In this document: positions 26,956 through 35,609 of the stretch, in pieces | Numbering within the stretch: position 1 is the stretch's first letter | Layout of the letters: every line of letters starts with the position of its first letter | Source: Oligoflexales bacterium | Lineage (GTDB): Bacteria; Bdellovibrionota_B; Oligoflexia; Oligoflexales; RGVZ01 | Direction of reading: 5' to 3' | Length of the DNA: 48,037 bases | Assembly: GCA_044236265.1 (NCBI GenBank) | Contig: JBIIGV010000006.1 | Coordinates: 1 to 48,037 of the forward strand | Notes under the pieces: model-generated | Told to the model about the DNA's origin: nothing | The model's database searches: none | What the model saw: the letters and a program-made list of their open reading frames with translations, nothing else | Program-made: the position numbers and the translations under genes

Positions 26956-28413
26956 GTGAGAATTAATATCGTACATTTAGATGACGACTTGCTGACGCTT
27001 GAGCGGTTTTCAAAAATCCTCTCAAAGGAAAATTCGACGGTCGATATTCATTTGATGCAATTTCAAAACACTGAGTCCATGTTTGCCAAGCTGAACCGTG
27101 ATGCGAATGTCGATGTTTTTGTGCTTGATGTAAGCTTATCTGAAGGCGACAAAAACGGCATCGAGGTGGCGAAAATCTGTCGCAATCTCTGTCCAGAGTC
27201 AGCAATACTCATGTGTTCGGCTTCGAAAAATTTGAATTTTGTCAGAGAGAGTCTTGCCTCAGGCGCCGACGACTTTATTACCAAAGAGTGGGACAGCGCT
27301 AGCACGTTAAAGCGCATTGAGTTCGCCATAAACCTCCGGAAAATAAAGTTAAAGCAGTCGAAAACAAGCGTAGACATCGCTGGATCCACCATGAAATCCA
27401 TCGAACAACGCATACCGCAGCTAATTCAATCGGCGATCAACTGCATCTACATTGAAGGAGAGAGCGGCACAGGCAAAGAGGTCGTCGTCGAATTATTTCA
27501 ATTTCACAGCCCAAAAGACACGCCTTTTATCAAAGTCAACTGCGCTACCATCCCGCCCACATTGATTCAAAGCGAACTTTTTGGCCATACCAAGGGCGCC
27601 TTTACCGGAGCCAATTCAGATAAAAAAGGGCTGCTCGAATCCGCCCATGGTGGATGGATTTTCCTCGATGAGATCGCTACGCTGACGCTCGAAGCACAGG
27701 CGGGACTTCTACGCGCAATTGAAAATCAGACGATTAGAAGAGTCGGAGCGAATCAAGAACTGAAACTGTCGTTCAGAGTGATTTCAGCCACGAATGAACC
27801 ACTCAGCAATCTTGTTGAGCAGGGAAAATTTCGGAAAGACCTTTGGCAGAGACTTTGTGAAACGCAAATCCAATTGCCGCCACTACGCGCCCGCAAAGAC
27901 GAAATAACCGAGTTGGCGCAATTTTTTTGTGGGAGCATGCGAGGTGGGCCGTATTCTCTCGCGCCACTCGTACTTGAAGCCTTAAAATCCTACGACTGGG
28001 TGAACGGGAATATTCGCGAGCTAAGAAACTGTTTAAGAGCGATGACTGAAAACGCGTCTGACGGGATCTTGACCCCAAGCTCTATACCCGCAAACATTTG
28101 GCAGCGAATGTCAGACAATGGCAAGCAAACTGACGACGAAAACACTGACAACCAAGCCATCACAGTCAGGTGGAGCGAAGATCAACGCCCCAGCTTTGAT
28201 GGGCTCTCTGCGCGCCTTCTTCTTGAAATCATACGCGCTGAATATCGAAAAAACGGCACCATGTCGATGCGGGCTGCAGCCAAAGCTGCAGGAATTCCGA
28301 AGTCCACGATGGCGTCAAAGATTGAACAAATTTTAAATCTGAATCTTATTTCTCGTAAAGAGCTTCATCTACTAATTAAATCGATGGATAGTGGAGATAT
28401 CGGCGCGGACTAG
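26956..28413 (+). CDS. NtrC-family sigma54-dependent response regulator
   Basis: Receiver (HLDDD, VLDV, FITK), GESGTGKE, GAFTGA, FLDEI, GNIREL and a C-terminal HTH. Confidence 0.95.
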   Translation: MRINIVHLDDDLLTLERFSKILSKENSTVDIHLMQFQNTESMFAKLNRDANVDVFVLDVSLSEGDKNGIEVAKICRNLCPESAILMCSASKNLNFVRESLASGADDFITKEWDSASTLKRIEFAINLRKIKLKQSKTSVDIAGSTMKSIEQRIPQLIQSAINCIYIEGESGTGKEVVVELFQFHSPKDTPFIKVNCATIPPTLIQSELFGHTKGAFTGANSDKKGLLESAHGGWIFLDEIATLTLEAQAGLLRAIENQTIRRVGANQELKLSFRVISATNEPLSNLVEQGKFRKDLWQRLCETQIQLPPLRARKDEITELAQFFCGSMRGGPYSLAPLVLEALKSYDWVNGNIRELRNCLRAMTENASDGILTPSSIPANIWQRMSDNGKQTDDENTDNQAITVRWSEDQRPSFDGLSARLLLEIIRAEYRKNGTMSMRAAAKAAGIPKSTMASKIEQILNLNLISRKELHLLIKSMDSGDIGAD

Positions 28414-29040
28414 GCGCGATGTGATGTGGTTAATCAATTGGCCTTTAACTACTGACATATCCACTTTGGATCCAAGTTGTCTCTCCATACTTGTAACACC
28501 ACGGAATTTGATGCCGCAGGGTATAATTTTACCGAAGAGAGAAAGATCATTACTAACATTCAAAGCCAGACCGTGCATCGACACACGAGACCGCACTCGA
28601 ACGCCAAGAGCACATATTTTTTCGTGTCCAATCCACACGCCGGGATGCTCTTGATCACGATGAGCGCTGAGCCCAAAGTGCGCCAGAGTTTGAATGACCG
28701 ACTCCTCTAAAATATTCACATAGTCTCGAATGGAAAGTTTAAGCTCAGCCATATTCAATATCGGATAGATCACAATCTGTCCCGGCATATGCGCTGTTAC
28801 CTGTCCGCCACGTTCTGTATCGAAAATTTCGACACCTTGGCGGATATAAAAATCACGAGGAAACAGCAGATTTGACGCGTCAGAGTTTTTTCCCATAGTT
28901 AAAACGGGCTGGTGCTCAACGCAAAAAATGACATGATGCGACGGCTGACTCATCACATCTGCATGTGCCTGCTCTTGACGCGCCAGCGCATCGGCATAAC
29001 GCATGACACCAAGGTCAACCACATTAAACGTGTTCATCAT
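28372..29040 (-). CDS. lipB: Lipoyl(octanoyl) transferase
   Basis: VEHQPVLTMG, RGGQVTAHMPGQ, KICALG, HGLALN and PCG motifs. Confidence 0.96.
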   Translation of the reverse strand: MMNTFNVVDLGVMRYADALARQEQAHADVMSQPSHHVIFCVEHQPVLTMGKNSDASNLLFPRDFYIRQGVEIFDTERGGQVTAHMPGQIVIYPILNMAELKLSIRDYVNILEESVIQTLAHFGLSAHRDQEHPGVWIGHEKICALGVRVRSRVSMHGLALNVSNDLSLFGKIIPCGIKFRGVTSMERQLGSKVDMSVVKGQLINHITSRLVRADISTIHRFN

Positions 29041-29045
29041 CGGAT

Positions 29046-29669
29046 TTACGGTCTCGGAGTGCATAGAAACTCAAGAGCCTCCAAATAAGCGAGAGCTTCC
29101 ATGGGCGTTTTCCCCCAAGCCCAAACACCGTGACCCTCCAAAATAAGCACCTTAGCAACTGAGCCAAGACCATCCTTAACTTTTACAGAATAATTCAGCA
29201 TCTGCTCTGGAGTACCGTTTGGAAGAATTGGGATGGATAGCGTATCTGTGTGACTGCGAAGACCCAGCGCTTTCGCCATTTCTTCATCTTTAAAGACCAA
29301 CGACTGCTTACCCCGACTGGCTTTAACGGCCTGCGGAGGGTGAGTGTGCACCACACAACGCGCTTCTGGAACAGATTTATAGATCCCCGCGTGTACTGGC
29401 ATCTCAGCTGATGGTTTCTGAGTCCATGGTTCAACAGCTTTTTCTGCTGACAAGTCGACAGCAATAAACAAATCAGGATTCAGCTCCCCCTTGCAGAGAC
29501 CAGTTGCACTTTGCCAGATCAGTGAGCCTTTACCGCGAATGCTGAAGTTACCAGCCGTGCCCCATGACCATCCCCGCTCATAGCAGCGCGCAGCAACTCT
29601 GACCAACTCCTTAAGCAGGACTTTTTCAAGTGGTGACGGGACAGGAAATGGATTAACGCCAGCTGACAT
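29046..29669 (-). CDS. mtnB: Methylthioribulose-1-phosphate dehydratase
   Basis: Class II aldolase fold: GWSWGTAGNFS, KPSAE, HTH, GHGVWAWG and EALEFL. Confidence 0.9.
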   Translation of the reverse strand: MSAGVNPFPVPSPLEKVLLKELVRVAARCYERGWSWGTAGNFSIRGKGSLIWQSATGLCKGELNPDLFIAVDLSAEKAVEPWTQKPSAEMPVHAGIYKSVPEARCVVHTHPPQAVKASRGKQSLVFKDEEMAKALGLRSHTDTLSIPILPNGTPEQMLNYSVKVKDGLGSVAKVLILEGHGVWAWGKTPMEALAYLEALEFLCTPRP

Positions 29670-29680
29670 CTTTTAAATCC

Positions 29681-30835
29681 CTAGGAGAAATGAATATCTA
29701 TTTCACGCTGGAAGGCTTTTGCACCCTCCTCAACACCAGAACCTGTGCGCGCCATCCCAGTCCCCGCATTCACAACAACATCACTGCCAAAATCCTCGCG
29801 AATACGCGAAACGAATTCAGGCATAATGCCAGCCGAAGGTACCGATGCTACAGCTTTCAATTGGCCCTCAGGACGAACGAGGCTCTCATGAACCTGAATA
29901 GCTTCAGATTTGGGTAGCGAAATTGAACCATAAGGACTTGGAAATAATACCGCGTCACAGCCACTCCAACGCATCAATGTTCCGAGCAAAACCGACGGAC
30001 TAACTGCACTCGACCCATGACTCATCACGCCAGTAAAAGCAGGATGAGCAAATAACGGCACCTTAATTTCCGGATCTGAGCACAACGATTGGAGTAGCGA
30101 TAATCCATAGGTATACGGGCAAAATAAAAAAGCCTGTGCGCCAGAGGACTGTAGCTTGAGAGCGCGCTGCTTCAATTCAAAGGCTGGACCGGACAAGTGG
30201 GTGACGTAGACACCTTTGCCCTTGCCGGACGATAGCACTTTCTCAAGTCTTACCAACGCTTGATCCAACGTTAAATCGATGCGGGTTTCATCATCTTTCA
30301 CCAGGTCTGTACCTGCTTGAACCAATTTCCCAAATTGCTCAGCAAGCTTGTCGTCAGACGGACCAAGACCAGGTTTTAATATAGCCATTAGGAGTGGCTT
30401 TTTTGAGTTCTGTTTCCCAACGATGGTGCGAATACCAGACAACCCGTGCCTCGGGCCCTTGATCAAATTCAAGAAGTTGCTGTCAGCATCCACTGATTCT
30501 AATCTAAGACCGGGAGCAAAAGAGATTTTGCCAAATAATACGGTCAGCATTCCGGAGATATCGTTTCCAAATAGCTGCGCTGGAAACACGATAGTAGTAC
30601 GACCACGATCACCCAAAAATTCAATGTTTACAACCCGACCAACGTGGAGCTCATATATCGGCAAGTCATCTGGCAAAAAGCCGATTGTCTGACCGGTGGC
30701 TATTTGAATGGCCATCTTGCGCACAGCAGCCTCATCCTTCGCCGGGAATGAGTAACAAGCCTTAACCAAACCGCCGACGCGATGACTGAGCGCTTCGAGC
30801 TCGTTCTTTGCCGGAAATAGAATACTGTCGACCAT
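29681..30835 (-). CDS. mtnW: RuBisCO-like protein (form IV), probable DK-MTP-1-P enolase
   Basis: IATGQTIG, FGKIS, ILKPGLG, carbamate motif DLVKDDE, HPAFTG, PSAGI and NAG; adjacent to mtnB; GAGGG RBS before ATG 30835. Confidence 0.85.
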   Translation of the reverse strand: MVDSILFPAKNELEALSHRVGGLVKACYSFPAKDEAAVRKMAIQIATGQTIGFLPDDLPIYELHVGRVVNIEFLGDRGRTTIVFPAQLFGNDISGMLTVLFGKISFAPGLRLESVDADSNFLNLIKGPRHGLSGIRTIVGKQNSKKPLLMAILKPGLGPSDDKLAEQFGKLVQAGTDLVKDDETRIDLTLDQALVRLEKVLSSGKGKGVYVTHLSGPAFELKQRALKLQSSGAQAFLFCPYTYGLSLLQSLCSDPEIKVPLFAHPAFTGVMSHGSSAVSPSVLLGTLMRWSGCDAVLFPSPYGSISLPKSEAIQVHESLVRPEGQLKAVASVPSAGIMPEFVSRIREDFGSDVVVNAGTGMARTGSGVEEGAKAFQREIDIHFS

Positions 30836-30905
30836 CGGGAGTCCCTCAATCCAATGAAACCCTCTGATATGACGAGACTTGAGGAAGGTCAACCCCTGAG
30901 CTGAC

Positions 30906-31547
30906 CTACGGAGAAATCCCAAATAAACCAGGGTCTCCGGCACCAAGACGAACAAGCTCCGGCACGCCACCTTTTAAGTCAATGATTGTAGTCTCTTGCC
31001 TAGGACTTTCATCCCCGAGATCGACCACCAAATCGATGGCATGACCCCATGAATCCATAACCTCGGTCCCAAACCCAGGATGACCATTTCCGAATTCACC
31101 CTGTGCCACAGGAATGGTTGAGGCGGCCAATGGGTGACCCAGCCTCTCAACGATTGCCCACACCAGGGGATCATCTGGAATTCTAAGTCCCACCTCACGT
31201 CGCTTGTCATGGATTTGCCGAGGAAGACTTGCGTGACGGTCAAGAATCACGGTGAATGGCCCCGGAAGAGATTTCTTCAGCCAGCGGTAAGCACTATCAT
31301 CAATCGCACAGACACGCGACGCCATGGAAATAGAGCTGCAAATTAAACTAAAAGGACGATTTTTAGGATGCTCTGGCTTTAACCGATGAATTCTGTCCAA
31401 AGCCTTACTGCTGGCAGCATCACAAACAAAAGCCCACGCCACATCAAGCGCAAGAGCTACGACTCCATCATCTCGTAGTACGGAGCAAATCTGCTCGATA
31501 TGAGACTCGCGCACTGGTTTTATCCATGTGTAAAGATGACTTGCCAA
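30906..31547 (-). CDS. Sua5/YciO/YrdC-family protein (YciO-like)
   Basis: RPFSLIC, LPGPFTVIL, VGLRIPD and TTIIDL..GVPELVRLGAG motifs. Confidence 0.9.
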   Translation of the reverse strand: MASHLYTWIKPVRESHIEQICSVLRDDGVVALALDVAWAFVCDAASSKALDRIHRLKPEHPKNRPFSLICSSISMASRVCAIDDSAYRWLKKSLPGPFTVILDRHASLPRQIHDKRREVGLRIPDDPLVWAIVERLGHPLAASTIPVAQGEFGNGHPGFGTEVMDSWGHAIDLVVDLGDESPRQETTIIDLKGGVPELVRLGAGDPGLFGISP

Positions 31548-31613
31548 ATAAGTCTCCGAATACCAACATGCCTAGTATATTCGGCAAAACCCTCGAAAGG
31601 AAGAAACCAATTC

Positions 31614-31937
31614 ATGGACGACATTAAACTGCTCTACGTAACATGCAAGGACAGACAAGAGGCCATCGCGATTGGACGAGCAGTCATTGAATCCAGCCTG
31701 GCTGCCTGCGTGAACATCTTACCGGGCATGCAGAGTCTATATCGCTGGAATAACAAGATTGAGTCATCGGAAGAGAGTGTTTTGATCATCAAAACCCGTC
31801 ACACACTGACAGATAGTGTTACAAGACGAATTAAAGAGCTGCACTCTTATGAAACGCCCTGCATTTTAAATATTGCCGTAGAGGGCGGATCTGATGATTA
31901 CATAAAATGGATTTTACAAGAGACGGCAGCCAAATAA
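31614..31937 (+). CDS. cutA: Divalent-cation tolerance protein CutA
   Basis: LAACVNI, SLYRW, IIKT and HSYETPCI motifs. Confidence 0.95.
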   Translation: MDDIKLLYVTCKDRQEAIAIGRAVIESSLAACVNILPGMQSLYRWNNKIESSEESVLIIKTRHTLTDSVTRRIKELHSYETPCILNIAVEGGSDDYIKWILQETAAK

Positions 31938-32002
31938 AACTTGGGGCTGATGAGTTTTTTGGCTAAAATTTCCGAAACCTTATAAAAAAAGGATCTTATC
32001 AG

Positions 32003-32401
32003 ATGAAAAACTTATCCATATTGACCTTCACAGTCGCAGCGTGTGCGTTTTTACCGAGCAGCGCGTGGGCAGATACTAAAACAGCAAAACCAGCGGCTGC
32101 GAGCAGCCAGACCGATAAGATTGAGGTTCAAAAAATAACTGTTACCAACAAGCTGGTTGACGGCAAAAAAACCTGGCTCCCATCTGAAATCAACGTTAAG
32201 GCCGGACAAAAAGTTGAACTTGAGCTTATGAATACTCTTGCAGAGCCCCATGGTTTTAATGTGCCTGGACTTGCTGAAAACATTGTCGTCGGAGGCAAAG
32301 CCACTCAGGTGGTATACTTCACTCCAAGCAAGAAGGAAAAAATAAAATTTAGTTGCCAGCTACATCCGGCGCACGTTGGTGGCCACATCAACGTTGATTG
32401 A
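32003..32401 (+). CDS. Exported cupredoxin-domain protein
   Basis: Signal peptide; PSEINVKAG, HGF and CQLHPAH. Confidence 0.85.
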   Translation: MKNLSILTFTVAACAFLPSSAWADTKTAKPAAASSQTDKIEVQKITVTNKLVDGKKTWLPSEINVKAGQKVELELMNTLAEPHGFNVPGLAENIVVGGKATQVVYFTPSKKEKIKFSCQLHPAHVGGHINVD

Positions 32402-32406
32402 TGGCA

Positions 32407-33669
32407 TCAGACTTTACTTGACTGAATTTCGTCGTGACTAGGCTTACCGTCAACTCCGATTTTGTCATAGAAGAGTTCGTCAATTGTCTTCTTGATCAAA
32501 ATCCAAAGTAACTCTTTATCGGAGACATTGGCAAAGACACCGAGTGGGATCTGAAAACCACCCTTGTCTTTGCGCCCCCCTCCGTAAAACTGTCCATTTT
32601 TATCTTGCCCAAATACATCTTTGATCCATCGATCTGGATCAAGTGTATGTGAGCGCGTTCGCAGTGAACCATCAATCCATTCATTGCCTACAACGCCGTA
32701 AACAATAACGGTGTCAATCCCCTCGCGATGAAGCAGATAATCCGCGCATTGGCCAATACCATCGCGATCTTCTTCCCGCACGTACCCAACTCCAGCGAAC
32801 ATAAACGTACCCTTAATGTCCTTACGCTGTAATGCAATCTGCGTGAGATCCATTGTTTTTGCCGGAATCGACTGTCTCGAGATGAGGTTCAGTAAATCCT
32901 TGTCCATGTGCTTCGCCAAAAACTCACTGGCGCGATAATCCATAGGAGTGGCATTTGCAAAATTATCAGTATCACTTCTGATACCGTGCATCATAGCAGT
33001 AGCAATTTTAGTCTGCTCGTTGGACGAACCATCAAACTTTGTTGGTCCATCGATCAAGTACTCGGCGTAAACTGCTGACGTCGAGCCACTATCCTCTCGG
33101 ATATCAACGAACTCGCCTGAGACAGTTCCTAAGCTTTTATGATGATCGACAAACACGAGTAATCGACACTCGGCCGGTAGCTTGATTGGTAGTTCACAGT
33201 TTTGAGAGTCATTTACTGCAAAATAATCCCAATTAGAAAGGTCCATTGACGGATCATATTGCTCAATTTCGATATCTAATTTTTTGACGAGAGCACGGTT
33301 TTCGTAATGAGAAATTTCTTCAAAATGAAGAATTTTCGTTCTGATGTCGTGGTGCCTAGCTAGCCACTGCAAGCAAAGAGACGCTGCGATGTTATCGGGG
33401 TCCGGATATCCTTTGATACAAATTAACAAACTTTTTCCCCGCGCCTTTTCCAATGCGTGATGAACACGTCGCGCAGGAATCAACTGAAGGCCAGGGTCAC
33501 CTGCCCGTCGACCTACGGAAGAGCCTGAAGCCGCCGCTTGAATTGCGGCACGCTGCTGTGCAGCCAACTGCGAGGAGTCGAGGGAGCCTCGCGAGAAATC
33601 ATTCAAAGCTGTCGCAGCTTTGATTGATGGTGCCATGGCTTTTTCTTTGTCACCTTTTGATTTTTTCAA
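32407..33669 (-). CDS. DHH-family phosphoesterase (NrnA-like)
   Basis: PDPD, VND, VDHH and IRSDT motifs, plus DHHA1-like GSLR and GGGR. Confidence 0.9.
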   Translation of the reverse strand: MKKSKGDKEKAMAPSIKAATALNDFSRGSLDSSQLAAQQRAAIQAAASGSSVGRRAGDPGLQLIPARRVHHALEKARGKSLLICIKGYPDPDNIAASLCLQWLARHHDIRTKILHFEEISHYENRALVKKLDIEIEQYDPSMDLSNWDYFAVNDSQNCELPIKLPAECRLLVFVDHHKSLGTVSGEFVDIREDSGSTSAVYAEYLIDGPTKFDGSSNEQTKIATAMMHGIRSDTDNFANATPMDYRASEFLAKHMDKDLLNLISRQSIPAKTMDLTQIALQRKDIKGTFMFAGVGYVREEDRDGIGQCADYLLHREGIDTVIVYGVVGNEWIDGSLRTRSHTLDPDRWIKDVFGQDKNGQFYGGGRKDKGGFQIPLGVFANVSDKELLWILIKKTIDELFYDKIGVDGKPSHDEIQSSKV

Positions 33670-33765
33670 ATCTACACTTCCTTTTTAAGGACAACATTGA
33701 AGCCCTAATAAAATTCTACCCGACCTCAAATAGTTTATCGGTGGGCAGAAAAACGCCATTAACTT

Positions 33766-34026
33766 TCAAATTTTGTCATTATCCGAAATATCGTCAGTTT
33801 CATCTTTAATTTCAGGAGGCCAAATCGCAGCGGGTATCATCAATACCCCCCCTGCAAATGCAGCGGCAACAGCTGCACCGAACACCATGACCGACCATTG
33901 AGGAAATGTGCCTCCAGTAAATCTGTAGATCAGCCAAAGGTTTCCTATCAGGATCAAAACAATGAATGCAACGGCTGCAATTTTTTTTCCGAAATTTTTT
34001 AAGCGCGACGTAATGGTGTCTGACAT
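33766..34026 (-). CDS. Small two-TM membrane protein
   Basis: GAGG RBS and two hydrophobic helices. Confidence 0.7.
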   Translation of the reverse strand: MSDTITSRLKNFGKKIAAVAFIVLILIGNLWLIYRFTGGTFPQWSVMVFGAAVAAAFAGGVLMIPAAIWPPEIKDETDDISDNDKI

Positions 34027-34108
34027 TTAAAACCTCAAAGTCTTTGTCGAGGCTCTCGATATACGATAGACTCCTAACAAGTACAAATCCTTTTACGAGG
34101 CTAACCCC

Positions 34109-34642
34109 ATGAATGCGCGTTATTATCTTGCGACCTTAGTGTTTCTATGCGGAAATCTTGCCATGGCACTGCCCCTTACGGTCGGTCAGCCCGCGCCTGA
34201 AGCCAAACTTGAGGGCGACCTTGGCGGCCGCGTATCAGGCGAACCCTGGTCCTCGGAAGAAATTGCTAAATTGGGCAAAGTCATCAGTGTTTTTTACGTT
34301 GATCCAGAAGAAAAAAAGTTAAACGAGCCTCTTGAGCAAGCATACGAACAAGAGAAGCTTCCATTTGAAAAGCACACCAGCATTGCCATTATCAATATGG
34401 CTGCTGCTTGGTACCCCAACAGCATGATCAACAGCATGTTGAAGCAAAAGCAGGAAAAATTCCCGCGCACCACCTACGTGCGCGACATGCGCAAAACAAT
34501 GGTCAAGGCATGGGACCTTCAGGATGACTCAGTCAATGTTGTCATTTTTGACAAGAGCGGGAAGGTTCTTTTTGTAAAAAAAGGCAAAATGAGCCCAGAG
34601 GAAATCTCTGAGCTCATGAAATTAATCCGTGCAAACCTGTGA
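34109..34642 (+). CDS. YtfJ-family exported thioredoxin-like-fold protein
   Basis: Signal peptide; PWSSEE, IAIINM..AW, KFP..TYVRD and VIFDKSGKVLF..KGKM motifs. Confidence 0.75.
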   Translation: MNARYYLATLVFLCGNLAMALPLTVGQPAPEAKLEGDLGGRVSGEPWSSEEIAKLGKVISVFYVDPEEKKLNEPLEQAYEQEKLPFEKHTSIAIINMAAAWYPNSMINSMLKQKQEKFPRTTYVRDMRKTMVKAWDLQDDSVNVVIFDKSGKVLFVKKGKMSPEEISELMKLIRANL

Positions 34643-34644
34643 GA

Positions 34645-35082
34645 TCAGCTTAGCTCAAAATGTCGATCCACGCGGTGCCATCCTACAAGATGGCCCAGCA
34701 TGACAATAGATATGCCCATGAGAATGACTTTCACCTCATGCGTCCACAATCCATAAAAAAAACCAATTAAACCGACAAGCTGAATTAACATGTTAAGCGG
34801 CTGCGCATGTAGCAACGCAATCCGACCCATACCGGACTGCGCTAAAACATCCGGGTTCGCACGAAATGCAATAAAATTGGCAATAACTCTCGAAAAAAGT
34901 AGCACCAACAACGACTCAACCCACAAATGATTCCAGAAAAAATAAACAATCCACGAAGCACCTGCCGCTTCAACAAATAATGACGCGGGATGGGAACGCC
35001 GAACAAAGTAACTTTGAACGAGCGAGAGCCTTGGTCTATCTAGCACTCCTACGACACCCGTCTGAATGACTGTTGTTGCCAT
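34645..35082 (-). CDS. Hypothetical multi-TM membrane protein with two internal HP-like repeats
   Basis: GAGGAGG RBS; about four TM segments; SHPASL...WNH and HAQPLN...WTH repeats. Confidence 0.7.
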   Translation of the reverse strand: MATTVIQTGVVGVLDRPRLSLVQSYFVRRSHPASLFVEAAGASWIVYFFWNHLWVESLLVLLFSRVIANFIAFRANPDVLAQSGMGRIALLHAQPLNMLIQLVGLIGFFYGLWTHEVKVILMGISIVMLGHLVGWHRVDRHFELS

Positions 35083-35131
35083 CGTAAATCCTCCTCGTGC
35101 AAAAAAGTCACAACTGCACACAAGAAGGCAA

Positions 35132-35147
35132 AGCAACACCCGTGCCG
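35132..35147 (-). promoter_or_regulatory. Sigma54 (-24/-12) promoter
   Basis: CGGCACG-GGTG-TTGCT against the consensus TGGCACG-N4-TTGCW; about 50 nt upstream of ATG 35082. Confidence 0.65.
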
Positions 35148-35263
35148 CTTAGAGTGGGGCATAGATCCGTTCGCAATTATCGAAACTTGCGTCGGCAGAT
35201 AGAGAAAAGCCCCCAGCAGCAAAATTCACTTTGCGCAGGAGGCAGGAAAAATCGCCTAAAAAC

Positions 35264-35536
35264 TTACTTTGACCAGGAACTCAACAGCGATCCCAGCAAT
35301 CGGCTAAACCCAATGCCGATGTAGATAGAAAATTTCATCAGAAAGCCGATGAGATACCACACAGCGACTACAGGAAGAACGGCTAACCCTACAAGAGCGG
35401 CAATAGGATCGAAACCAGTGATATCGGACTTCAACCACTTCTTGAATTGACCCTCGCGGTCAATTTGCCTCTCCTGCTCACCAGAGCGCAAGCGACGTTG
35501 CTTCAAGCTATCATCTGTGACCACAACCTGCGACAT
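35264..35536 (-). CDS. Small membrane protein
   Basis: GAGGA RBS; charged N-terminus and hydrophobic C-terminal half. Confidence 0.65.
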   Translation of the reverse strand: MSQVVVTDDSLKQRRLRSGEQERQIDREGQFKKWLKSDITGFDPIAALVGLAVLPVVAVWYLIGFLMKFSIYIGIGFSRLLGSLLSSWSK

Positions 35537-35609
35537 GAGCTATCCTCAACAACTGTTGTTACCGGCAACGGTAAAATTCTATATTCGCCACCCTCAGCTG
35601 TCAAACAGC

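Noticed and set aside
29681..30835. CO2-fixing RuBisCO
   Set aside because: It is short and divergent, has no small subunit or prk nearby, and its mtnB linkage points to form IV.
30836..30905. Possible SAM riboswitch upstream of mtnW
   Set aside because: Only 70 nt are available and there is no S-box consensus.
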